This document shows, one piece after another, positions 36,589-49,138 of a DNA stretch of 64,000 nucleotides. The stretch covers positions 25,358,001 through 25,422,000 of the forward strand of contig CM052827.1 in NCBI GenBank assembly GCA_028534125.1, written 5' to 3'. Below the pieces are notes generated by a model. It made no database searches, was not told the DNA's origin, and saw only the letters and a list, made by a program, of their open reading frames with translations. The stretch's first letter is position 1, and each line of letters opens with the position of its first letter. A program made the translations under genes and the position numbers. This DNA comes from Lama glama. Lineage: Eukaryota.

Positions 36589-36705
36589 GGGGGAGGGTAT
36601 ATCTCAAGTGGTAGAGCACATGCTTAGCATGCACAAGGTCCTAGGTTCAATCCCCAGTACCTCCAATTTAAAAAAAATTACACACATATATACATTAAAA
36701 AAAAA
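36589..36705 (+). mobile_element. Vic-1-type SINE (short form)
   Basis: ggggagggtatatctcaagtggtagagcacatgcttagcatgcacaaggtcctaggttcaatccccagtacctcc plus A tail; TSD aagaattccgtggg / aagaattcactggg. Confidence 0.93.
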
Positions 36706-38629
36706 AAGAATTCACTGGGCACTCTGCATGTGTACACAGGAGGCGCAGAGAAGAGATGCATATTTAAGTAGCCTTCACTGGGCTCCTCTTCTGCTCCAGG
36801 CACCAGCTATGCACCTTCGTGGAGATTATCTTATTGAACATCACCTCACAACCTCCAGCGTAGAGATGATTAAAAGGAGGCCTCGAGATTAAGTGATGTG
36901 GCCAAGGCTGTATTTTAAAAGGCAGAACTGCGTGGAGAATCACAAAATCATGGCTGGAGAGGCCTCCCCTTATCTCATCCCAGCAACTTGTTTTATGGAT
37001 TCAAAACAGAAGTGGCTAAGTCCCGGGGAGGCCAGGTACAGTCAGAGATAAGGCCACAGCCCCTCTCTGATGCCTGGGCCGGAGGTTTACCTTGACTACG
37101 TTGGCCCTTCCCTCCGCTCCCCTCTCATTTCCAAACTCTCTGGGAGTCTTTACCAGCCCCAGCCTCCGGCCTGTTTCCTCTCCCCTTCCCGGCCTTCCAC
37201 CTCACCCACCACTGCCATGCCCGCGAGGACCACGTCAACTACAAATTAACTGAAGGGGAAAACTGAACTGATATGATCTGAGCATGGGAAGCACAAAGGC
37301 CCCAATTTCCTCTCCACATCATACAGGAAGGTCTGGGCCACGTGGGGAGCCGGCGCGGGGCCTTTTGATGCTCGCCTTCCTGCAACTAACAAGCAGAAGG
37401 ACAGGAGGCGCCTTCACCTCCACGCAAACTCACCACAGCAGGTTTCCAATCAGGCTTGAAACAGATCCAGAGATGAAAAACGAAGAAAGGGAGTGAGGAA
37501 GGAAGAGAGAGACGATGGTTGTTTAGGGAGCTTTAAGGACAAGGAGGCCCTTTAAAACTAACTATGCAACACGAGCTTACAAACACTCCCCCAACGCAGC
37601 CCTGGGCTGGGCTCCTGGGGGTGTTTCAGCAGGGGAATGAGCCTGAGCAACGGCCTTGCAGCAGCTCAGCTCAGCCCGTTCACGATGGGGATGCCCAGGC
37701 CTCCTTGACAAGCCTGAGCTGGGATTTCTGAAAGCCTGGGCCAAGACGCTGGCACCAGCCAGAGTTTAGACTCCAGCCCACTGAGTCACTTCCACCTGCC
37801 AGGGTATCAGGTCTGTAAATATCCTTTGAGACTCTTGTGCCCAACTCAGGTGTCTGTGGTTCAATCTGTGACAGAGTCATGGTGGCCCCATAGGAAGGAA
37901 CCATCTTTCTTTCTCTCTCATCTTTCTCATCCTCTCAAACTTTATTACAATGAGGAGGGTAGTTCATGCGTGATGCCCTGATTTTTCTGCCTAAATCACC
38001 TTGGTCTTACCCCGTAGCACGAGTAATTCTGGGACATTCCAAGGAACCAACTGAAGATCACTGAAGCACCTTCCTGCTTTCACTCACCACGCTGGCCACC
38101 AAAAATTATCTAGGAACCATGGAAGAAATAGATACAGACAAGAAATAAATATAGACAAGAACTATCAGTTGTTTTTCCTTCCAGAGAGAGGGGAATTAAG
38201 TAAGATCCTCTCCTTAGTTGAATCCATTATGGTATGATTTTTTAAAAATCTGAATATCCCAACAGCTCTATTGTCATTTTACAGTTGGTGGAACTAAGAC
38301 TCAGACAAGTCAGCAAGTCAGTTGACTTCCCCGAGGACCACATGTCATGAAGTGATGGAACCAGACTCCAGCCCAGGGCTGTCTGACTTTAAACCCTGAG
38401 CCCTTTCAGATAATGTCTGCACATATTCATCTGAAAATGGCCACGGGGCCCCCTCACTATGCGTCTGTGAAAACAGAGTCGTGTTGATCTTACATGTTCA
38501 TTGAAAATGGTACTAGAGTGATCTGGACTTGGCACCTGCCTGGACTCGGACTTGTCAGTGCTGTCCACACTTCCAGCCAAGTTGGCAGGTGAAGGTCTCC
38601 AGCTTTGATGTACGTAAGTACAAGCTCTG

Positions 38630-38872
38630 TTCTCAGATGTATGTGCCATCCTCGACCTCTACCTTCAACCCCCTAGGCTTAGAGTTCCACCTGTTTGGCT
38701 TAAATGGGCAACAGCAATCTCAAACTTGACATGGCCACAACTAATTACCATTTCCCCTTCAAACTTTCTCCCCATCCACCCCCAGGTCTTCTCTATCCCA
38801 ATAATGGCAGCTCCACTCCTCTAGTTGATCCAACCAAATGCTGTGGAGGTACCTACCTGACAAATTCAGAAG
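38630..38872 (+). mobile_element. L2 internal fragment
   Basis: 'gcaatctcaaacttgacatggccacaact...ccaataatggcagctccactcctctagttg'. Confidence 0.7.
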
Positions 38873-39214
38873 TTTAACCCCAGTTGGAAAGGATGGGTGG
38901 ATGGGGTGGGCCTCCTGAGACCTATTACACAGAGAGGAGACTCCACAGGAGAGCATGTAGGTCTCTAAGAGGAGAGAATGCCTCGGAAAAGGCATCTAAA
39001 CTAGCAGGAGAGAAGAAATCTTCTTCTGGGGCCTACAGAGTCAACGCAAGGCCTTGGTGGGAGTTCTAAAGTCTAACCCATGCAGAGCACTTTCTATGTG
39101 CCTGGTGCTGCCTAGTGTTCTAACTACTGTATATCTATTCACTTGTTTAATTCTCACAATGACACAGGGAGGGGGAGGTTTATTTCTCTCCCATATAAAA
39201 TCTACAGAATGGGG

Positions 39215-39671
39215 AGGGTTTGATTTGGTCCTCTTCAGTGTCAGGGACCCTCGTGCCTCCTCCCTTGTTGCTCTGCACCTTTACTGCATCATTCAGGATG
39301 GCTTCCAGAGCAGCAGCCTTTATGAACAGTCCCGGCCTGCAGAAAGGAGGAAAATACAACGAAAGAAAGATGTAAGAAAGCACCTCTAGCAAGGGCACTC
39401 TCCAGAAGTTGCACATACCACTTCCACATATGCCCACAAACTGGAATACAGACACAGGGTCACACCTAGCTGCAAGGGAAGCTGGACAATGTATTATTCT
39501 AGGCAGCCACATATCCATTTAAAAGCTAGAGGTCTTGAATATAAACATGAAAATATGTATATATACACACATAACTGGTACATTATGCTGTACACCAGAA
39601 ACTGACACATTGTAACTGACTATACTTCAATTAAAAATATAAATAAATAAATAAATAAATAAATACATACA

Positions 39672-39705
<34 letters not shown>

Positions 39706-39791
39706 CATACATACATACTACAGATCTCTCTTATGGAGGGAGACCTGACAATACATATTAAGGGAGGATAAGGAAAATCTCTGCCCCACAG
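39215..39791 (-). mobile_element. MaLR LTR (MLT1J-like) interrupted by an L1 end
   Basis: 'ggtcacacctagctgcaagggaagctggacaatgt...ctaggcagccacat'; terminus 'tctctgccccaca'. Confidence 0.75.
39536..39718 (+). mobile_element. Camelid-type L1 3' end with (TAAA)n(TACA)n tail
   Basis: 'ttatgctgtacaccagaaactgacacattgtaactgactatacttcaattaaaaa' followed by a compound tetranucleotide repeat. Confidence 0.88.
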
Positions 39792-39849
39792 ATTAAGTAA
39801 ATGGACCACAAACATGCCAGAGGGCCTCGGGACTCACTAGTTTACATGG

Positions 39850-40378
39850 TGTATTTATTACCTGTTACCACAGAGCAACTTACTCCCAAGATTAAAACAA
39901 CAAATGCGTTATCTCGCAGAGTTTCTGAGAGTCAGGAACCCACAAGAAAATTAGCTGAGTGGCTCTGAGTCTCTCACAAGGCTGAAGTCAACTGGTCAGC
40001 TGAGGCTGCTGTCCCCGGAAGGCACAGCAGACCTCAGTTTCTCACCCGTTGGTCAGAGGCTTCAGCTCTTTGTCCTGTGAGTCTCTCCCCAGGGGTGCTC
40101 ACAACAGGGCAGTTTGTTTCATCCAGAGCAAGAGATCCAAGCAAGGGAGGGAGGAAAGGGGGAGAAACAGAGAGAGAGAGAAAGAAGGAGAGAGAGCAGA
40201 CACCCATGATGGAAGCCATGGTTCTTTATAACCCATTCCCAGCAGAGACATACCATCACTCTGCCATTTTCTTTCGGCTACACTGACCAACCCTGGTACC
40301 ATTCAGGAGGGAACCACACAAGGGTGTGAAGACCAGGAGATGAGATTCCCGTGGGCCATCTCAAAGGCTGGCTACCAA
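39850..40378 (-). mobile_element. MaLR LTR (MLT1F/G-like)
   Basis: 'ttaaaacaaca...tctcgcagagtttctgagagtcaggaa...ccacacaagggtgtgaagaccaggag...ggccatctcaaaggctggctacca'. Confidence 0.85.
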
Positions 40379-42099
40379 CTACGGTAGGTAGACAAGAGCC
40401 AGGGGTTGAACACAGATCATCAGCAGAGAGAGTTCCTTGAAGCCAGGAAGACTATACAGGTTCAGGAAGGCTGGCTGGCCCCGGACTGCAGCGAGTCAAA
40501 GGTTAAAGAGCACAACAGAATGTTCCTGTGATTGCCTCCTGATAGATACCTACCCATTCACCTCTAAGGGATAAACCTTTCTACCAGTTGGGGAGAGAGA
40601 CAGTTTTACTAGCATAATAATCAGCACTATTACCTGCAGGACACACGGCTCAAGCGTCCTCAGAGGGAAGGCCAAGACTACCAAGCAGATAAACGTGCTG
40701 GCTAAGCATGGACCCAGCGCTCAGTCAGGGATGTGAACACACAGAAGGCTCTGCCAGCTTCCTGGAGGCCACCGCTTGCCTTTGGGAATGACTGATGTGG
40801 GCAAGCAGGTCCCTCCAGAGACGGAAGGCCTCCACTGGCCCATTACCTGAATCTGAGAACCCATCACCATGTGGATGGACTAAGTCATTATAAAGGCATG
40901 TAAATGCTCACCTCTAGAGACAGATGCCAACATGTAGATTTCCTTGCAGGGAGAACTTAGCTCTTTGAGCAGGGGTAAATATCTTTAGTCATATTTTCTC
41001 CCAAGCCTAGGGGTGACTCAGGAAGTCAGTGTTGGTGATGTGTACACAGAGGCTCACGTGCATGGCTATTGCCCTACACTGGGCAGGGGGACCATGATAC
41101 ACAAAGCACGTAGCTGGAGACAGGCAGCCACTGAATTCCAGCTTAATATTCCAGTCCACGAGCCAGCANNNNNNNNNNNNNNNNNNNNNNNNNNNNNNNN
41201 NNNNNNNNNNNNNNNNNNNNNNNNNNNNNNNNNNNNNNNNNNNNNNNNNNNNNNNNNNNNNNNNNNNNNNNNNNNNNNNNNNNNNNNNNNNNNNNNNNNN
41301 NNNNNNNNNNNNNNNNNNNNNNNNNNNNNNNNNNNNNNNNNNNNNNNNNNNNNNNNNNNNNNNNNNNNNNNNNNNNNNNNNNNNNNNNNNNNNNNNNNNN
41401 NNNNNNNNNNNNNNNNNNNNNNNNNNAGGGAAAGCCTTGATCGAGTGCAGGAGAGTTAAGTTACAGCAATCTTGCTGAGAGATATGAACCCACCTTCGAA
41501 GCTATCTGTTCCCAATATTGAAGGTTTTCTGCGTTACAAACCTGAGATGAAAGGTAGTTGTTTTGACGTCTGGGTCTGGAAGCCAGACGCTGAAATTAGC
41601 AGCGTTCTTGAAGTGTGTGTTGCAGGGACGGGGAGTCCGGGATGGAGTGGAAAATGTAGCTGCTTTATTAAAATAAAAAGATGTTGAATACGACATTGAG
41701 GGCTCAAGTCATCCATGCAGGCAGGGTGTGGACGGGGATGATGAAAGCACCTTCTACTGGAGGGGAAGGGGCAGGGGAGGAACACTAGACCAGGAATCAA
41801 GGGACCTGGAATATTGTCCCTCCTCCATCCTTAGGATGGTAGCTCCACGGTGACTGGAACTTGGCCTGTCTGGTTCACAATGCCAGGCACAGAGGGGCTG
41901 TTTCACAGGTAGATGTCAAGTAAATGCATAAATGAATAAATGAATGTGACGTTGGGTAAACCCTTCCCTTCTTTGAGCTTGTCTTGTAAGATGAGAGGGT
42001 TGGACTAGCTGAGGATTTCCCCAGTGGGATTGGGTACAGTGACACTTGGGTACCATATGGAAGGGACCACGTGATAAGCATGAATATAGCATTAAATCA

Positions 42100-42420
42100 T
42101 ACTGATGCACACGGGGAGGAAGGTATCACAATTGAAGTCTTTTTCAAGCTTTCTGATTCCCTCTAAGACAAAGTCTCCATTCCAAAGCTAATATGGCTTT
42201 AACACATCTCTTATGTTCCTAGACCTCCCTTCACAATAAGAAGAGAGGGGAACTCAGGCTCCCATCTGTCCACGGGCAACAGCTTCCGACTAAATTTAAT
42301 AATGTGATTTTTTTCTTTTGTTCTTATTTTACAGTTAGCTATTTATGGCAAGTAATAGCAGTTTTCCCTTGACAGAACTGATATTTTTTAAGTCTTCTTT
42401 ATCGGATAAATGGATTGATG
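42100..42420. mobile_element. hAT-Charlie element, MER113-like
   Basis: 'aagtctccattccaaagctaatatggctttaacacatctc...gctatttatggcaagtaata'; similar to 46800-47255. Confidence 0.5.
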
Positions 42421-43164
42421 CAAAGAAATAATAGTTCAAGAGGGATACAGGTAAGGCAAACATCTTGATGGTGAGACCGAGTGCCTGTGGTTTGAGAAAT
42501 AGTGCCCCAGCTGACCTCCGAGTTTCCTTCTAGAGCACTGACTATCTGAACTACGCGCCCCCTCCCCTGGTTTGTGTAGGGCAGATGGAACTGTCTCCAA
42601 CAAAGAGGTGGTGGTAGCTTGAATTTCAGGAAGATAGCCCCATTCATTCATCCAATCGTTCGATCAGTATTTATGGAGGGCACACCATGTGTTCACTTTT
42701 CCAGGTGCTAGGAATAAAGCAGGAGGGAAAAAGAGATCAAAAAAAATCCCTTGGAGTTTCTGTTCTAGTGGTTTGAGGCAGGGCATGGGCCAGGTGAAGC
42801 AAATGAGGCAGCAGGGTGCAAAATTTAAGGATGTCCCCACCGTCATGGTCTTGTACAATCTGGCCCTGACTGGAGGACAGTGCTGCCTCCTGACCATAAC
42901 GTGACTTAGTCGCCATCCTTGTGGGGAGCATGGATTCTGCCTCCAGAGTGTCTGCTCTTTGGTCCTGGGTGGGGCCCCGCAATCAGCATTTGGCCAGAAT
43001 TCTCCAGATAAGTCCATGCACATCATGATTGAGAACCACTGAGTTATAGACCTAGACCAAGAAACTTTTAAAATGTATAGGCTGGCATTTCTCAAAGGCA
43101 TCTACTGATAAATGCTGACCAAGTAAATTAACTGGTAAATAAATATCAATATGCTGCCACTCAC

Positions 43165-43355
43165 CATAGTGACAAAAATATCTCTTTTCCTCTGCGCACT
43201 TACTAGGGATTAGGTGATCTTCCGAGGTCTTTACACTTCTTCCCTCATTCGATCTTCACAACCACCTACAGGAGGTATGATTATCATAATCACCCCATTT
43301 TGCAGATGAGGAAACAAAGGCAGAGAGAGTTTAAGGAACTTGCCCAAGGTTACCC
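43165..43355 (-). mobile_element. MIR SINE
   Basis: 'ccccattttgcagatgaggaaacaaaggcagagagagtttaaggaacttgcccaaggt'. Confidence 0.9.
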
Positions 43356-44339
43356 AGAAAGCCATGCTCCTCTCCACTGTGCCCTGGGCACAGGAGTCAC
43401 AGTGACAGTGAGGGAAACAGGGGGTCATTTGCATAGTAAGGATAACACATAGGCATAGTCATTATTTCCACCCAAAAATATGTCATCTGTCGTCCTCTCC
43501 AAACACAAGGCCGGCTCCAGCTTTGTTTTGCATCCACATTTGGTAAAGCCATGACAATATAACAATAATGTTCCTCTATGCAGGAAAAAACAACAGTGCA
43601 AGCACATGCTACATAGCAAAGCTCTTCCCACCCTAGTGTTGGGGACTCTTGGGGAACAGTGGGGAGTGTGGCAAATTGGGAAGATCAACCTGTCCAATAT
43701 CTCCAGGTCTTCTGACTCGTCAAAAAAAAAAAAAACCCATATTCAGACTTAGTTGTGAATCCTCCCAGTTTCCATGGGAGCTCTCACTTCTAAATAACCA
43801 CCTGGGGCCAGTACATGTTCTGTAAAACACGAATGTGAAGTCCCCTGGGAAAGACAAAGCTGGAGAAAAGTACCTGGGACCTGGTCTAAGATCACTGTGT
43901 GATCTGGGACAAGCGCCTGGGTTTCTATGTGCCTTAAATCTAAAGCTGTAAGAAGGATATGAAAAAATATCATTTATTCGTTCTTCAACTTTTAGTGACA
44001 ATTTCTATATATTAAGCACTGTGCCAGATGGTGGATTTAAAGATTAAATCCATATGCTTATCATCGAGAGAGAGACGGGGCAGTGAACTCTGGGTTCATA
44101 GGAATGGTTGCTGTGAAATCAGGCCACGGGAGGAGTTCTGCCTGGAAGAGATGACATCTCCACCAGCCCTGGAAGGCTGAAGTATTGCTCTCCAGCAGCA
44201 AGGGCAGAAAGAAAATGACTTTTCCTTGATACGAAAGTCCTCTGTACGCCATTACAGCCTGAATCATTCATGAGTTCAAAACTCACACATGCACACCCAC
44301 AAAAAGTCTGGAGAGTGCAAATTGGTACAACAAATCCAA

Positions 44340-44990
44340 AACTGCATCTCTGTTTTCTACAGAAACTATTTATCTAAGTGTAAAACCAGACTCATGAGGT
44401 TTTCCCCCAGGCTGCTCCCCCTCCTTCATCTTACTGGAGCCACGATGTCCAGGAGCCCAGGTCAGGCATGTTGGGATCACCTCCATCTCTTCCTTTTTTC
44501 TCCTCCTCCATGCATGACCCAGAGAAGTGTCCCTCCAATCAAGCAAGTGTCCTTGCCCACCACCCGCCATCAGGCCACCATTCAGTTCAGCCACTGTCTC
44601 CCGTATGGACATTTGCTGTTTTCTCTCTGCTTTCCTTGTCTCTCTTCCAGTCAGTCCATTGCTGTTTCCAAAACCCAGATCTGACCACATCGCTCTGGGG
44701 CTTTAAGCCTCCAACGGTGCCACTGGCCCCTGGACAGTATGTAGCTCAGCACCCACGGCCCTTGGCACCCTGGGCCCTGCCTGTTCTTTCTTCCCCACCA
44801 TCCTTGAGTCGGAACCCCTAACACAGACACCCACGCTGCCTTACATTCCTGCCACCAAATGATCCCCAGAATCTGCTGGCACTTTCTCACCTAGGTGGTC
44901 TGCCCCAGGCTCTTCTCTTTCCCTTGCGTGATGGTTTAGCCCAAGTATTCCCTCATCCAGGAGTCTCCTCTGCCTACCGCCCCTTGCTGT
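44340..44990 (+). mobile_element. L2 fragment
   Basis: 'aaaacccagatctgaccacatcgct...ctttaagcctccaacgg...ccccaggctcttctc' degenerate L2 3' body. Confidence 0.6.
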
Positions 44991-46189
44991 CCCCCTCTGG
45001 CCCCCACGGACCCCCAGTGGGGCACAGGAAGCTAGGGACAGGGCTGGTGAGTTAAGACAGGCGAGGTAGGAGGGGTCTTGAAAGTCAGGGAAGGGAAAGC
45101 CTTTGAAAAGAGTCATTTTTTCAAAGCCCTCAACCCAGAAAGTCATTTTTGCCAAAGCCTCAATTCTCAAAATCCTTTCACCAAGCATGAAGACCCACTC
45201 GCAGAAAAAAAGAGCAAGCAATTTCACACGTTGGAAAAAGGCCCAGGGCAGAAGGCATGAAAGCCACGAGTTGGCAAGTAGGTGCTACGAGGTTGAGCAG
45301 GAAACCCAGATCAAATGGGAGGCTGGGACGTTTCTGGGAAGCATCTGGGCCCCAGCCCCGGGAGGCCTATACTTGCTTCTGAGGGGCGGGGCAGCCAGTC
45401 TTCCAAAGGACTCAGACAGCCTGGAGTCCCGGGGCCTTGTTCACAGCCAACCAGGGGGAGGGGCTGGGCGAGGGGGGTAGGCCTACCCGGTTCAGGCGGA
45501 GCACACTCAGGGCTGTGCCCTTATCAAGTCAGCAGGGAAGTGTTATTCTAACACTTCCAACGGGGGCATCTCCTTTCTGCCTTGAACATCCAGAAACTCT
45601 CCTAGTAAAGTCTCAAACTCAAACATCTAGGCTGAGCAGGTAACACAAGAGAACAACTTCACCTAGTGGGACCAGGATGAGCAGACCACAGCCGCGGCAA
45701 GTAGGCTCGACTCCTGCTGCTTGTCGCCAGATCCGCTGATTTTTCTAGGGATGTCAGATACTGGCATTTTCATGGAAAATCTCCTTGTTAAAATGTTTAC
45801 TCGGTTTTAAAAAATACCACACAGTACAAAAGGAAGAAGGCCTCTCGGATCTGAACTCTGAGGTCTAGGTTCAGATTAAGCTCATTAATTTGGATCAAAA
45901 AAAAAAAATACGGCCCTTAAGTCCGCATGACTCTCTCCCTCTGGCTGATAACTGAGATTCTGTCACTGGGTTGGATTTTTCTTACTCTCTAGGAATTTGG
46001 CCCTGCAGAGATGGGGCTTCAGTGGGCAATAAAAGTCACCGGTATTTCTTAGTCCACTCCTCGCGTATGTTTATCTGAGCGCGGTGTCCGTATCACTTTT
46101 TTGTTTTAATTTTAAGGACAAGAAGAGTTCTTAGACCTCAGCTAGCCTTGTCTCCCCTGCACAAGTTTACAGGTCAGGAAACTGAGGCC

Positions 46190-46740
46190 CCGGGGAGGAG
46201 GCACGCTTACTCGGGCGCACGGAGCCACTTAGAACGTCGGATCCCAGGCTCCCCCTCCACCCCATCTTTGCGCACCTCGGCTGTATTTAGACAGCGTGCA
46301 CACCCGCGCGGCTGTGTTTGTGTTTTCCCGGGTCCTGAGAGAAAGCCCACCAGGTCGCCAGATGTGCCGAGCTCAAGGGAGCCCGAGGAAGTGGTTTGCC
46401 AGCGATGAGAAACAGGCCGGGTCTGGGGTGTAATCGGCCCTTCCCATCAGCCGCGTCTTTCCGCCCGCGGGAGATAAGAGGCGGGCGCGGAGGAAACTGA
46501 CCGACATGGAGGCGCGCACCCCGCACCACGCACCCCGGGGATGGTTTCCTTTGCCTTCTTTCACTCAGCGGGTTTTGGCCGGCCTCTCCACCCCCTCCTA
46601 GGCGCGTGCGAAGCCCCAGGACCCCTCAGCCCACCGGTGAGGGAGAGGCACCCGCCTTGGACGGGTCCTGTCCTTTGCCCTCTCCTTCCGTTTCTCCCCG
46701 TCCCCCCTTTCCCGGGGTCTCTGTTGAAGAAAGCACGAGG
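46190..46740. promoter_or_regulatory. Orphan CpG island / candidate enhancer or lncRNA promoter
   Basis: About 40 CpG by hand count in 46201-46680, in an otherwise CpG-depleted window; ETS/RUNX, GATA, E-box and forkhead-like motifs. Confidence 0.7.
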
Positions 46741-46799
46741 CACACCCCTGTCTGCTTTCGAGAAGGAACTGAAATAATGAAGTGTTTGGAGACATACAG

Positions 46800-47255
46800 G
46801 GACCACAGATCATACCCAAAATGACTTTAGACGATGCTCAGACAAGATATTAAATAGCATTGATTTGCACAGTTAATATATTGCGTCCTTTTAAACTCCC
46901 TTTAGACCCTCCTTAATTACATCAAGGAAGTCTCCATTTGATGCTAGCGTGTTTTTAGCACCCAACACGTGTTTTCTTTGCGTTCTAACAGAGAGATGAC
47001 TTAAGGTGCTAAGTCTATCCTAGGCAGCAATACCGAGGTAGAAGAAATGCTTTTTGATTGAAGTAATTTGTATGATTATTGGTTTTCTATTTACAGTAAT
47101 GATATAAAATTCACTACAAATAATGGATTTAAGTTTTAATAAAAGTAGGGCCATTTAAAGGGGGGGAGGGGAGCACTAAGTGGGTAAGTTTCAATGACAG
47201 TCAAATATGGCCAGAGTTATAAAGGGAGTCACAAACGATGGAAGTTTGGAGTCAT
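46800..47255. mobile_element. hAT-Charlie element, MER113-like
   Basis: 'attacatcaaggaagtctccatttgatgctag...cagtaatgatataaaatt...gaagtttggagtcattg'. Confidence 0.55.
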
Positions 47256-48229
47256 TGAGAAAACCCATAGCAGAGGGTTAGCATGGTGATTATGACCATG
47301 GTTTTGGTGTCAGCACAAGAGGTGACATGGATTCTGAGATGCAGGACATGTTCCACATCCAGACCCCCTTGCTCATTCCTTGCATCACCAGGACATAGAC
47401 TGAAGAAGAAACCATAGTTTGCATAATACAGGCAAGGCTGGAAGCCTGGACCAGCACTAGAGCTGGTGCCAGGGCACTGGGGCTGGGGCAGCATGGCCCA
47501 GTTTTCCCGTGTATCCTCCCCATGCCTCATTTACCTCCTCTGAAACAAGTAGGACAGGCTGGACATCCCTTCCCACTCTAAGGACCTGACAATCCTTGCT
47601 TGTCTAGTCCATCACTTATCTGTGTCGGGTTCAAAGCCAGATGCTCCCAGGAGAAGCGATCCTCATCTAATGCAGCCCTGGACCCAGTCTCCTATGGAAC
47701 ATCACTGCGGAAAGATGTTTGGTGCAAAAAATCCTCTGTGGTCAGACAAGTTCACCTTTCTGGGTCTTAGTTCCTCACTGTAAAATACTGTTCCTGTTAA
47801 TACCTACCTCCTAGGATCTGTAGAGTCACTAAGATTATGTCATGTCTCACAAAATGTAGAAAGTTACCCTGAGATGTCTGCGGATGGTGCGTGGAAAAAG
47901 ACTTAGGTAATATTGACTCAGAAAGGAAGTTTTCTTATTGCACCAAAGAGGAAGTCTCAGTCTGGTGCTAATATGTCTTGAACACTTCTTGGACACTTGC
48001 CAAATAACCTTTAACTTAAGCAGAGAGCGAAGCATCAGGCTCTTGGTAGGCAGCAGAGTCCAAGTGGGATGCTAGACGGATGCTTAGAGGCATATGGAGT
48101 GAGCCCTGGGGACAGGAGCCACAAGGCCAGTGGCGTTTGAGCTGGGCCCTGAAGGAGGAAGAAGGTTCCTCCCGGTAGACCAGGCGTGGGAAGACATATA
48201 GGTATAAGAAAGGTCACTTCCCCCAGAAT

Positions 48230-49138
48230 CAGGGGGTCTCAGCTTGGTTTGGGCCATGGACCCCTCCAGTGAGGTCCATGAACCCCTTTACAAGAACAAT
48301 GTATTTTTTTAATGTGATTTAGAAATATCTGTATTTTTCCCATGGTTTTTTAAAAAATTGTGATAAAATATAGATAACATAAAATTTGCCATCCGAACCA
48401 TTTTGACGTGTACCATTCAGTGGCATTAAAACTTTGTTGTGCAGCCATCACCAGCCACCTCCAGACCTTTNNNNNNNNNNNNNNNNNNNNNNNNNNNNNN
48501 NNNNNNNNNNNNNNNNNNNNNNNNNNNNNNNNNNNNNNNNNNNNNNNNNNNNNNNNNNNNNNNNNNNNNNNNNNNNNNNNNNNNNNNNNNNNNNNNNNNN
48601 NNNNNNNNNNNNNNNNNNNNNNNNNNNNNNNNNNNNNNNCATTTCACTTGGCAGAAAGTCTTCAAGCTTCGTTACAGATAATGTTTTCACAGGCACAAAA
48701 CAGAAAAATAGGATTACAAAGAAAACAAATCCTATTAAATGATAGTTACTCAAATAATTTTGAAAGCTACAGGAATTCATGAGCTTCGCTTAACCTTTAA
48801 ATAGCAAGGTACAGAGGTGGATCTAATAGTTATCGTTTCAAGATAGTGATGAATCTATTTGAAGATATCCTAGAGCAACTATCCTGTGATATTAAATAGC
48901 TGTGATGTCTGTGGATGACAAAAGCCACATGCAGTGCCAATACGGTTATGGTCTGTTACCTACATTCAGAATTGAAGGAAATGCTAACTTTCAGTTAGGA
49001 ATTAGAAAAAGAAGTGTGTGTATCTGTGTGTGTGTGTGTGTATAAACTTTTCCTGTCTAAGCTCACAGACACCCTGAATTCTCCCCCAGGGGTTTTTTAA
49101 GGGGCTTCTGCCCCATGGAACCCAAGTTAAGGAGCTCC
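48230..49138 (+). mobile_element. MER119-like hAT-Charlie element interrupted by an L1
   Basis: Start 'cagggggtctcagc...gccatggacccct...atgaacccct'; body 'aataggattacaaagaaaac', 'gaaggaaatgctaactttcagttag'; end 'ggaacccaagttaagga'. Confidence 0.75.
48345..48668 (-). mobile_element. L1MB-like 3' end, centre under N-run
   Basis: 'taacataaaatttgccatc...gtgtaccattcagtggcatt...ttgtgcagccatcacc' then, after the Ns, 'catttcacttggca...tcttcaag'. Confidence 0.85.

Noticed and set aside
36589-36665. tRNA-Ala(AGC) genes (also at 4870, 10940, 23230 and 55396)
   Set aside because: They have the extended gggga-ggg 5' end, stem mismatches, A-rich tails and often TSDs of tRNA-derived SINEs, not functional tRNA genes.
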